Source: Minisyncoccia bacterium (lineage in GTDB: Bacteria; Patescibacteriota; Minisyncoccia; Phycocordibacterales; UBA9973). Taken from it: 64,000 bases of DNA. The stretch's first letter is position 1; every line of letters starts with the position of its first letter. Below the pieces are notes generated by a model that saw nothing but the letters and a program-made list of their open reading frames with translations, was not told the origin of the DNA and searched no databases. Positions 45,041 to 54,333 of this stretch are shown here, one piece after another. Where the stretch lies: positions 450 through 64,449 of the forward strand of contig JBGAUR010000001.1 in assembly GCA_044228545.1 (NCBI GenBank), given 5' to 3'. The translations under genes were made by a program, and so were the position numbers.

Positions 45041-46540
45041 ATGAAACCACTAATCAATAAAAACTTAATTCCAGATTACGTTACACATGTAACAGAATCT
45101 CTTGAAAAAGCTGGTTTTGAAGCTTTTCTTGTGGGTGGTTGTGTAAGAGATCTCTTAATGGGTGGGACTCCTAAAGACTGGGATATAACCACAAACGCTA
45201 ATCCTGAGCAAATAATACCCTTATTTGAAAAGACTATATATGAAAATACATACGGCACAGTGGGGGTTTGTGTTCCACGTGAAACTAGAAGTGAGGTTAC
45301 ACAAGAAACACCTGAATATCACATTATAGAAGTCACCCCTTACAGAATCGAAGCAAAATATAGCGATTTCCGTCATCCGGACCAAGTAAAATATAGCGAT
45401 AACATAGAAGATGACCTTAAAAGACGTGATTTCACAATGAATGCTTTGGCTTATAGCATATCTAAAGGACACATTATTGACCTTTATAAAGGACAGGATG
45501 ATATTAAAGACAGGGTAGTAAGGGCTGTAGGGGAGGCAGGTGATAGATTTAACGAAGACGCACTTAGAATGTTAAGAGCTGTGCGATTTTCTACTCAGTT
45601 AGACTTTGCAATCGATTATGAAACAATGCAAGCAATTTCAGATAATGCGAGCCTAATCAAAAATATCTCTTTTGAGAGAATTCATGACGAATTTGTAAAA
45701 ATAATTGAATCAAAAAATCCAAGTGTTGGTATTGGTATGCTTTCAAAATTGGGACTTCTAAAACATATAATGCCAGAGCTAGAGGAGGGAATTGGATGCG
45801 ACCAAGGAGGAGCTCATATTTATGACGTTTTTGAACACTGTTTGCAAGCCCTAGAACACTCTGCTAATAAAGGTTTTTCAAAAGAAATTAGACTCTCTGC
45901 ACTATTTCATGACATTGGTAAACCTCGCACAAGACGACCAGGTGAGAAAAAAGCCTATACATTTTATGGTCACGAAGTAGTGGGGGCTCGTATGACAAAG
46001 ACAATAATGGAAAGGTTAAAGTTTCCAAAAAAAGAAACTGACTTTGTGGTGTCTATGGTTCGCAACCACATGTTCTTCTCAGATACTGAGCAAATCACAC
46101 TCTCAGCAGTAAGAAGGATGGTGGCAAAAGTCGGTAAAGAAAATATTTGGGATCTTATGAATATCCGTGAATGTGATAGGGTAGGGATGAAAAAAGTTGA
46201 AGCTCCTTACAGACTTCGAAAATACCACGCGATGATCGAAGAAGTTTTACGTGATCCTATCTCTGTCGGACAACTTGCGATAGATGGGAAAGTGTTAATG
46301 GGGGAGTTGAACATTAAACCTGGACCAAGAATGGGTTGGATTTTAAATGCTCTCCTTGAAGAAGTACTTGATGATCCGAAGAAAAATACAAAAGAATATT
46401 TATCTGAATTAGTTCAAAAATTGGATAAATTGGAAGATAAAGAGTTGAAAATACTAGGGGAAAGTGGTAAGGAGAAAAAAGAAAACCTAGAAGAAGAAGA
46501 AATAAAAAAACTCCACGCCAAGCATGGGGTAAAAAAATAA
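45041..46540 (+). CDS. cca: CCA-adding tRNA nucleotidyltransferase with an HD domain and a Lys/Glu-rich C-terminal tail
   Basis: GGCVRDLLMGGTPKDWDITT is the pol-beta NTase motif; RFSTQL; HDIGK HD domain. Confidence 0.85.
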   Translation: MKPLINKNLIPDYVTHVTESLEKAGFEAFLVGGCVRDLLMGGTPKDWDITTNANPEQIIPLFEKTIYENTYGTVGVCVPRETRSEVTQETPEYHIIEVTPYRIEAKYSDFRHPDQVKYSDNIEDDLKRRDFTMNALAYSISKGHIIDLYKGQDDIKDRVVRAVGEAGDRFNEDALRMLRAVRFSTQLDFAIDYETMQAISDNASLIKNISFERIHDEFVKIIESKNPSVGIGMLSKLGLLKHIMPELEEGIGCDQGGAHIYDVFEHCLQALEHSANKGFSKEIRLSALFHDIGKPRTRRPGEKKAYTFYGHEVVGARMTKTIMERLKFPKKETDFVVSMVRNHMFFSDTEQITLSAVRRMVAKVGKENIWDLMNIRECDRVGMKKVEAPYRLRKYHAMIEEVLRDPISVGQLAIDGKVLMGELNIKPGPRMGWILNALLEEVLDDPKKNTKEYLSELVQKLDKLEDKELKILGESGKEKKENLEEEEIKKLHAKHGVKK

Positions 46541-46980
46541 AGGGAGACCATTGGCCACCCTTTATGCATAGATTCCAAAGAACTTACATTATTGTTCATC
46601 ACCATGTCCGTGGATAGACTCATCACTATTTTCGCCTTTTATAGCTTTGTCATTGTGATTAATCTCAGTCGTGGTAAGAGGAATAAGTAATGTTCCTTTT
46701 GGAATTGGTTTTTTAGTTTTTTTCTTTTGCTTGGCCATGGGCTGTAAGTTTATAGTTGTATGAAAAATTTACAAAAGAAAAGGATTATGTAAAACCTGAT
46801 AGATGATACTTAATCCTTAGGAGTATAGGTTTTTACCTTAAAGATTAACCAGTATAGGAAAATCGAGGCTAAAACTATACAAACGCATCCGAGAACTTTT
46901 TGATAATCCATTTGTTTTGATACTAGCACATATTTCGTATATGTTATACTACTTTTATTAACACTAAAAATACCATAAAA

Positions 46981-47475
46981 ATGATTACAAAAGAACAATA
47001 CTTAGGAATACTAGGAAACGAATTTAGAATTATCAAACATTTAGCAGAAAAAATAAAACCAGAACAGCTTTCTCATAAACCAACAGAGCCTCAGAGAAAC
47101 ATGCAGGAGCTTATGACATATCTAACTCAGATATTTATATCTGGAGTGGAGGGGATAGTTAATGAAGACGGAAGTGCATATAAGAAATATCTTGGGGTAG
47201 GGGAACAAGCTACACTCGAGAATTTTGCAAGTATGCTGGATAAAGAATTTGCCGAGGTAGAAAAACTAATAAATTCTCTTTCCGAAGAAGATATGGGGAC
47301 TGAAGTAAACATGTGGGGAAGGAATCAAAGTAAAGCACTGCATTTGATGGGCATGCTCTCTATTGCTGCCGCATACAAAATGCAACTATTCCTTTATATG
47401 AAACAGTCTGGTACAGAGAATATTGGCACTATGAATCTTTGGGCTGGGATGGATCAACCACCAAAAGTATCTTAA
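46981..47475 (+). CDS. Hypothetical protein of 164 aa
   Basis: ORF only. Confidence 0.35.
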   Translation: MITKEQYLGILGNEFRIIKHLAEKIKPEQLSHKPTEPQRNMQELMTYLTQIFISGVEGIVNEDGSAYKKYLGVGEQATLENFASMLDKEFAEVEKLINSLSEEDMGTEVNMWGRNQSKALHLMGMLSIAAAYKMQLFLYMKQSGTENIGTMNLWAGMDQPPKVS

Positions 47476-47782
47476 ATAAAAAGAACCAACCGGGTTAGCA
47501 GTTGGAACTTAATGGGGTGGATTGAGAGGCATGCTTCTACTTGAAGCTTTTCTTAGACCAAAGTCCTTCTCCTATATTAGGAGGTGAGTCTTTGGATTGA
47601 AATTTTCTTCTCAGATACCACAGTGGTACTGAGAGAATGCGAACGAACTTTCTTAAATGTCTCATAAACCGGGAATTTAATTATTTAACTTATCAAGATA
47701 CTATCATAATGGATTTGATTTTCAAAATTAAATAAAAAACCCCCGACACATGGCCGGGGTATAAATGGAGATTGAGAAAAAA

Positions 47783-48856
47783 TTAAACTCTCAAACTTTT
47801 TTTGATTGATTCACTGACAATACTTGGAAAAGTATTTGCCACATTCAAAATAGGCACCACCACCTCTTCCTCCATAAATTGGCGAGAAGTCAACTGATCA
47901 GATGTCAAAATTTTATTTACGCCTTTTTCAGTACAACCACCTGGAGTGACAACACTTTCACGCAATTTGATTGTAGGATTTTCAACACCTTCTTTTATCA
48001 GAGTTCTTAATGCACTTATCGTACTACTAAAGGTGTTTAATGTTAGCTTCTCAGCTTGCGAAATGGTGTAATTTAAATTTCTTGAAGAGATTATACTAAT
48101 CGTAGATAAGTATTCCTTAATGACATGCTGAGGATCCTTTTGGTTAATCTCTTCAGGAAAGTTGAAACCAGATAGGGAATTTTCAGCACAGTTGAGCCAC
48201 TTCTCTAATGTCATACCAGATTGGTTTTTTGCAATATCAATTCCTACACAATGTAAGGCATTAAATGAACCTACACCTACTATTGAATTAATTATTTTCT
48301 CTGGTTTTCTCTCTATGAGGAGATTGTCTTCAACCAAAAAACGTAATAATTCTGAATCCCTGGTTGAGTGAACAATACCTGAACCGTATGCTATGTTGGT
48401 ATTGCATGTAGCAGATATGGTTCTGTGCGCCACACTCTCTGGTATGAAATTACTTATCTGTTCAGGCATTAAGCCTGAAGCAAAAGAAATAAATTCATAA
48501 CCAAACAATCTTTGCAAACCAACTTTGCTAATTCTGGTCAAGGTATCTCCACAACCTACTGGAGTAACAGCGATAATTATATGACTTGCTGTTGCAATCT
48601 CCTCCATATAGCGGGAGGTGTTTACTTTTTTTGAGAACCATTCTAAGTCGGATGTTTCCCTGCCTATTACAATAATCTGGCCTGGCCTAAACCCAGCTCT
48701 TAACAAACCCAGGGTTATGGATTTAGCCAATTTGCCGTTGCCAATAATGGCAATTCTGTAAGTACTCTTGTTCATCTTAGTGAATTTAAGGGGGTTAGTG
48801 AATATTTTGAATAATTTTAAAAGAACGAAAATGAGCCACCTGATTTGGTGGCTCAT
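47783..48856 (-). CDS. proC: Pyrroline-5-carboxylate reductase-like NAD(P)-binding oxidoreductase. The likely start is the ATG at 48775 (MNKSTYRIAIIGNG).
   Basis: Rossmann motif IAIIGNGKLA, and the C-terminal VVTPGGCTEKG resembles the ProC motif VTSPGGTT. Confidence 0.5.
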   Translation of the reverse strand: MSHQIRWLIFVLLKLFKIFTNPLKFTKMNKSTYRIAIIGNGKLAKSITLGLLRAGFRPGQIIVIGRETSDLEWFSKKVNTSRYMEEIATASHIIIAVTPVGCGDTLTRISKVGLQRLFGYEFISFASGLMPEQISNFIPESVAHRTISATCNTNIAYGSGIVHSTRDSELLRFLVEDNLLIERKPEKIINSIVGVGSFNALHCVGIDIAKNQSGMTLEKWLNCAENSLSGFNFPEEINQKDPQHVIKEYLSTISIISSRNLNYTISQAEKLTLNTFSSTISALRTLIKEGVENPTIKLRESVVTPGGCTEKGVNKILTSDQLTSRQFMEEEVVVPILNVANTFPSIVSESIKKSLRV

Positions 48857-49082
48857 TTTTATTTTTAATCATTTTTCAAGTGATAGATTAAACGCAAAAA
48901 TCAGCCATCAAATATGGTGTCAGGATTGTTCCCGGGATTTGATTATACTGATTTGTAAACTCGCGTTTCATACATTTACCAATATAGCGTATTTCGTATT
49001 AATAAGTCAATGGTCATAAGGTTTAGCTCTCTATTAAAAAACATACGAATCTGGTCGTGTGTTTTTTAAGGAAATTATAGGA

Positions 49083-49694
49083 CTATTTCAACGGCACAGT
49101 AACTGTAAGCTCTATGACCTCATTGGCAAATTTTTGATTGATGCCAAATTCTTTCATATCGATATTGAACTTAGAAGATAGCTCCTTATCAGATGACACT
49201 ACATCAAAGCTAACATTTTTAGAAATTCCGTGGGTAGTCATTACTCCAGAAAGTTTTCCATCTTTTAGAGAAGTTACCTTAAAAGTCGCAGTTGGATACT
49301 TAGCTACATCAAAAAAGTCAGCAGACTTTAGGTGTGGAGTTAATTTGCCTTCATTATCAGTTGAAAGTGAACTCATATCTACAACTACTTCACCTTCTAG
49401 ACTTCCTGAAGCTTCAAATGAGAGCTTAGAATCTATCTTAGCAAATGATCCATTGTGAACTTTTCCTGGACCAAAACCTTTGAATGAAATTTTTACATTT
49501 GTATTATCGATTTCTTTAACTTGAGTGACTGGCTTATTAATACTTTCATCTGCTACTACATTTTTATCCTCAGTTGTAGTGCTAACATCTGAGACAGTAG
49601 CAGCTGGCACTGATGCATCCGGTTTAGTCTGAATGCTATACCATACAACTCCACCTAGAACTAAAACAACCAAAACAATTAAAACTGATTTCAT
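49083..49694 (-). CDS. YceI-family periplasmic or secreted protein
   Basis: TPHLKSADFFDVAKYPTATFK matches the YceI signature. It has a signal peptide. Confidence 0.7.
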   Translation of the reverse strand: MKSVLIVLVVLVLGGVVWYSIQTKPDASVPAATVSDVSTTTEDKNVVADESINKPVTQVKEIDNTNVKISFKGFGPGKVHNGSFAKIDSKLSFEASGSLEGEVVVDMSSLSTDNEGKLTPHLKSADFFDVAKYPTATFKVTSLKDGKLSGVMTTHGISKNVSFDVVSSDKELSSKFNIDMKEFGINQKFANEVIELTVTVPLK

Positions 49695-49965
49695 ATTCTA
49701 TTTAAAAATTTATTATTAATAGATTCCAATTATACATGATTTTATAGATAAATAAAAAAGAATCGCGGTGAAACGATTCTGCTACCATACAGGGTAGTGC
49801 TGTTTAATAAATTGGCAATGTTAATATCCAGATCCGTAAACGTCTGCATCTCCAAAGAGTGCACCCAGTACTAACAGAGAGATTATAAATAACCTCCAAA
49901 ACCAATTTTTTTCTAAAACTTTTTTCATTTGTCTAAATTATAACATAATGTATAGAAAAAGCAAG

Positions 49966-50760
49966 CTATTTTAGCTCTAAAAATATAGGGCAGTGGTCTG
50001 AACCTAGAACATCTGATAGAATTTTTGCTGATTTAACCTTTGATTTTAGTTTCTCTGAAACTAAAAAGTAATCTATCCTCCAGCCAATGTTTCGAGCACG
50101 GGCATTTGCAAAATGACTCCACCAAGTGTAGTGACCATTCCCCTTTATAAATAACCTAAACGTATCCACGAATCCTGCATCAATAAAATTCTCAAAGCCT
50201 TTTCTTTCTTCATCAGTAAAACCTTTCTTACCCATATTTTCTTTTGGTCGAGCCAGGTCATCTGGTGTATGGGCAACATTCAAATCACCGGAGAAAATGA
50301 CTGGCTTCTTTTTTTGAAGTGTTTTCATGTACTCAAGAAATGCCTTATCCCACATATCATGACGCATATCTATACGAGAAAGATCGTCTTTTGCGTTTGG
50401 AGTGTAAACTGTGACAATATAAAAACCTTTAAATTCTGCTGCTATCACACGACCTTCGCCATTGGCATCTCCATATTTATCACTCAAATTTTTATATTTT
50501 TTCGCAATATCTTTTGGAATATCTAGTATTACTGATATTGGTTTTGTTTTAGTAAAAATAGCTGTACCACTATAACCCTTACGATTTGCGGAGTTCCAAT
50601 ATTCCTCGTAATCTCCTAGATCTACTTCTGATTGATGTTGTTCTGCTTTTGTTTCTTGTAAACAAATAATATCCGGCTTGTATTTTTTTACAAAAGGCAC
50701 AAAAAGATTCTTTTTGTGTACTGCTCGTATTCCATTTACATTCCAAGAAATTATTTTCAT
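49966..50760 (-). CDS. xth: Exodeoxyribonuclease III
   Basis: MKIISWNVNGIRA, ICLQETK and the C-terminal SDHCP match EEP-family AP endonuclease motifs. Confidence 0.9.
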   Translation of the reverse strand: MKIISWNVNGIRAVHKKNLFVPFVKKYKPDIICLQETKAEQHQSEVDLGDYEEYWNSANRKGYSGTAIFTKTKPISVILDIPKDIAKKYKNLSDKYGDANGEGRVIAAEFKGFYIVTVYTPNAKDDLSRIDMRHDMWDKAFLEYMKTLQKKKPVIFSGDLNVAHTPDDLARPKENMGKKGFTDEERKGFENFIDAGFVDTFRLFIKGNGHYTWWSHFANARARNIGWRIDYFLVSEKLKSKVKSAKILSDVLGSDHCPIFLELK

Positions 50761-50931
50761 AAATATAGTTTACCAAATCTTAATAATAAAACTAATTTGA
50801 TTTTTTAAATATAAATTGATAGTGTAACTAAATATTGTACACACCTGGTTATTGTCTCCGGCCAAGGTGGAAGTCAAGCGAGACGGTAAATATATAAAAT
50901 GAAACATAGAGCCACCCTGGAGGAAGTGGCT

Positions 50932-51867
50932 TTATTTTTTACTGTGAAACTTTTTGTGTACATCGCGAAGTTGCTTGTCGGTTATGTGGGTATATATTTG
51001 TGTTGTAGCAATATTTGCATGTCCTAGCATCATCTGCACTGATCGAATGTCTGCACCATTGGAAAGTAGATCAGTGGCAAAGGAGTGACGAATGACGTGA
51101 GGTGTAACTTTTTTAGAAATTCCAGCTTTGATCGCATAATGTTTCACAATGCGCTCAATTGAGCGGGGAGTTAGGCGATTGCTTTTATTATTCTTTGATC
51201 CGTTGTGCGAATACTGTATAAAAAGTGGTTCTTCGAGATCTTTTCTACCTTTTAAATAATCCCTGATTGCGTCCTTTGCAGAATCTGATAGAAATACTAC
51301 ACGAACCTTTTCTCCTTTCCCACGAATTGAGAATTCATCTTTCGATAAATCGAGATCTCGATCGAGTGAACAAAGCTCAGATAGACGAAGCCCTGTCGAA
51401 AAGAATAATTCTAGCACGGCTTTATCACGCAAACCTTTTGTTGTGGTTTTATCAGGAGCATCCATAAGTCTTCCAAGTTCGTCGGTAGATATAAGATCAA
51501 GTGATCGCTCTTTAATCTTTGCAAGCTCTATCCGATCTGGGGGAAGCGATGTAACTTCGCGCTTCATCATATATTTAAGAAAAGATCGTAATGCAATTAG
51601 ATGATAATTCTGGGTATTTTTTTTTAGAGTACTAGCTTGTTGGCCACGGATTTTAATTCCTGGCTGACGATTTAGAAATAGTCTGAATTCGCGAATCTTG
51701 TCGTCAGTGATTTGTTTAGGGTCAGTAATTTTTGCAAATTCAAAAAACCTAGATAAATAATGGTCATAATTATTAACTGTCTTGAGACTATTTCCTTTTT
51801 CAATCTCTACATGTTCGAGGAACTCTCTTTTTAATTGTTCGAGTTTTGAAGCCATAGAATGTCGCAC
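50932..51867 (-). CDS. xerD: Tyrosine site-specific recombinase, XerC/XerD-like
   Basis: RHSFATDLLSNGADIRSVQMMLGHANIATTQIYTHI contains the R..H..R..Y catalytic residues. Confidence 0.8.
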   Translation of the reverse strand: MRHSMASKLEQLKREFLEHVEIEKGNSLKTVNNYDHYLSRFFEFAKITDPKQITDDKIREFRLFLNRQPGIKIRGQQASTLKKNTQNYHLIALRSFLKYMMKREVTSLPPDRIELAKIKERSLDLISTDELGRLMDAPDKTTTKGLRDKAVLELFFSTGLRLSELCSLDRDLDLSKDEFSIRGKGEKVRVVFLSDSAKDAIRDYLKGRKDLEEPLFIQYSHNGSKNNKSNRLTPRSIERIVKHYAIKAGISKKVTPHVIRHSFATDLLSNGADIRSVQMMLGHANIATTQIYTHITDKQLRDVHKKFHSKK

Positions 51868-51945
51868 AATAATTGTATCACATAACTTGGCTTAAATACC
51901 CTTATATAGAGGCCTCTTGCAATTTTTTCCAATATGTGCTAATAT

Positions 51946-52215
51946 ATGAGGACGATGTTAACAACAAAGAAAAAGCAAAATATTATAAAGAAAAGCCAGA
52001 TTCACGACAAGGACACAGGATCTCCTGAAGTTCAGATTGCGATATTAAGTAAAAGAATCGATGAGCTTGCAAGTCATTTGAAGGAACATAAGAAAGATAA
52101 TCACTCTCGACGTGGACTTATCAAAATGGTTGCAGATCGTAGAAGTCATCTTAAGTACTTAGAAAAGAAAGATAAGACTCGCCACGCAACTCAACTTAAA
52201 ACATTAAAAGCATAA
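51946..52215 (+). CDS. rpsO: 30S ribosomal protein S15
   Basis: [38 protein letters not shown]. Confidence 0.9.
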   Translation: MRTMLTTKKKQNIIKKSQIHDKDTGSPEVQIAILSKRIDELASHLKEHKKDNHSRRGLIKMVADRRSHLKYLEKKDKTRHATQLKTLKA

Positions 52216-52261
52216 CATCATGCCTCGCAAGGGGCATTTTGTTTTGGTACAATAAACATAT

Positions 52262-52768
52262 ATGAGCATAATAAAACATAAAGAGCAGAGAGTTGGTGTA
52301 TTTATTGATACAGCAAACCTCTATCATAGTGCTAAAAATCTATACAAACGAAAAGTAAATTTTGGTGCGGTACTTAAAGATGCAGTAGCAGGGCGAAAGC
52401 TTGTGCGCGCAACCGCATATGTCATAACTTCTGAAGGGGGTGAAGAAAAGAACTTTTTTGACGCACTTACTAAGCTCGGCATTGAAACTAAAACAAAAGA
52501 ACTACAAATCTTTGCCGGTGGAAATAAGAAAGGTGATTGGGATGTTGGAATATCAATTGATGCAGTTAAAATGGCACCTAGGCTTGATGCTGTAGTGCTT
52601 GTAGCAGGGGATGGTGACTTCGTACCGCTTGTAGAATATTTGCAGAGTACTTTTGGAGTACAAGTTGAAGTTGTCTCTTTTGGAAAAAGTTCTTCAATGA
52701 AACTAAAAGAACAAGCTGACGATTTCCTAGACCTCTCAGCTAACCCAAGAAAATACTTGATTTATTAA
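52262..52768 (+). CDS. NYN-domain (LabA-like) protein
   Basis: GVFIDTANLY...LVAGDGDFVPLV is the NYN/PIN-like acidic motif. Confidence 0.65.
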   Translation: MSIIKHKEQRVGVFIDTANLYHSAKNLYKRKVNFGAVLKDAVAGRKLVRATAYVITSEGGEEKNFFDALTKLGIETKTKELQIFAGGNKKGDWDVGISIDAVKMAPRLDAVVLVAGDGDFVPLVEYLQSTFGVQVEVVSFGKSSSMKLKEQADDFLDLSANPRKYLIY

Positions 52769-52825
52769 ACCCAATCCTATAACATTCGGTTTAAGGTAAA
52801 TATCGCCGAAATTAAATCTCCTGTC

Positions 52826-53323
52826 ATGAAGATAACAATAACCCCATGCGTAGGTGGCTATAGTTTAGCTGTTTACAAAAATCGTACCTTTAACCCCCAA
52901 AAAATACTGTCTGAAGTTGCACCTCATTTAACCTGGATCGGCAAGCCAGAAGATGTGTATCTGGAGGAAAAATTCCAACTGGAATTGGTGTCATCTGAGA
53001 TAATCAATCCCTATGTCAAAACAAACGGGGAATTGAATTCAAATGCCGCCAGCATAATTCTGGCATTATCCCTCTATGCTGAACTTCCAAAAGAACTGGC
53101 TGCTGCACAAATACTCAGTATTGGTCAGTGTGTAAGGAGTTCAGAAAATGGGTTAGGCTATTTAAGCCTTATGAACGGAGGTATAAAATTCTCACCCCTG
53201 AACGCAGAAAGGAAGTACAAAGAAAAACCCTTGTACGCAGTTACCTGCGAAAGTATTGGGGCTGTATTTGTGAGCCCTTCTTTCATTAACGCAGACTTTT
53301 ACAACAATCCGGGTAGTGGTTAA
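52826..53323 (+). CDS. Hypothetical protein of 165 aa
   Basis: ORF only, with slightly elevated GC. Confidence 0.3.
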   Translation: MKITITPCVGGYSLAVYKNRTFNPQKILSEVAPHLTWIGKPEDVYLEEKFQLELVSSEIINPYVKTNGELNSNAASIILALSLYAELPKELAAAQILSIGQCVRSSENGLGYLSLMNGGIKFSPLNAERKYKEKPLYAVTCESIGAVFVSPSFINADFYNNPGSG

Positions 53324-53393
53324 TATTCCACTTAATAAAATATTCATGGAGGCGAAAGCTTCCATTTTTTATATTAAGTTATAGAATACAAAT

Positions 53394-54206
53394 ATGATAC
53401 AAAAACAAACCGAAAAAACATCTCTATATAAAGATTTAGAAAAAATGTCTTCTAAAAAGATTGCAGATAGTATAAACAAAGAAGATGGTAAAGTCAGCTT
53501 GGCAGTAAAGAAAAACATTAATGAGATCTCAAAAATTATTGATGTAGTGAGTGAGAAAATAAAAAAAGGTGGAAGATTGTTTTATATAGGAGCTGGTACA
53601 AGTGGTCGACTGGGGGTTCTTGATGCTTCAGAATGCCCTCCAACATATGGAATAAAGAAAGGAATTGTAGTAGGAATTATCGCAGGAGGTGATAAGGCTC
53701 TACGAGATTCTGTTGAATCTGCTGAGGATAGTTTAACTGGTGGATGGAAAGATTTATCTAAATTTAAAATCAATAAAAAAGATTTTGTTGTTGGAATTAC
53801 AGCTTCTGGCTCAACTCCATATGTCTTAGGCGCAATAGGTACTTGTAAAAAGAGAGGTATAAAAACTGCTGGGATATCTTGTAACAAGAACTCAAAATTG
53901 AGTGAAATATCTGATTATAAAATAGAAGCGGTTGTAGGACCTGAATTTGTAACTGGTAGTACTAGAATGAAATCAGGCACTGCGCAAAAGATGATTTTGA
54001 ATATGATATCAACTGGGGTAATGATAAAAATTGGTAGAGTTAAAGGAAACAAAATGGTTGATATGGCTCTATCAAATAAAAAACTTATTGAAAGAGGCGT
54101 AAGAATGATAATGTCAGAACATAAAATTGAAAAATCTGTTGCAGAAAAAATCCTACTAAAAGAAGGGAGTGTTAGAAAAGCTTTAGAGAAACTAAAAAAT
54201 AAATAA
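53394..54206 (+). CDS. murQ: N-acetylmuramic acid 6-phosphate etherase (SIS domain)
   Basis: GGRLFYIGAGTSGRLGVLDASECPPTYG matches the MurQ SIS motif; full length. Confidence 0.8.
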   Translation: MIQKQTEKTSLYKDLEKMSSKKIADSINKEDGKVSLAVKKNINEISKIIDVVSEKIKKGGRLFYIGAGTSGRLGVLDASECPPTYGIKKGIVVGIIAGGDKALRDSVESAEDSLTGGWKDLSKFKINKKDFVVGITASGSTPYVLGAIGTCKKRGIKTAGISCNKNSKLSEISDYKIEAVVGPEFVTGSTRMKSGTAQKMILNMISTGVMIKIGRVKGNKMVDMALSNKKLIERGVRMIMSEHKIEKSVAEKILLKEGSVRKALEKLKNK

Positions 54207-54333
54207 TCTTGCGAAAGTAGTATTTTCTGCTATGCTTTGTATATATTACAAATAACCAGTTATTCTCTAGACGGATAGAGTTGAAACCGGACGTGTTTCA
54301 AAACTAGGGTCTGGAGAAAAGCTTATAAAAAAT

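Noticed and set aside
46589-46738. 49-aa Lys-rich minus-strand ORF (MAKQKKKTKKPIPKG...) downstream of cca
   Set aside because: It is plausible but has no recognisable family and no clear promoter, so it is too uncertain to list as a feature.
50932-51867. Tyrosine recombinase as a marker of a prophage or integrative element
   Set aside because: It has XerC/XerD-like motifs, no adjacent phage or transposase genes, and no flanking direct repeats seen. It is more likely the chromosomal dimer-resolution recombinase.
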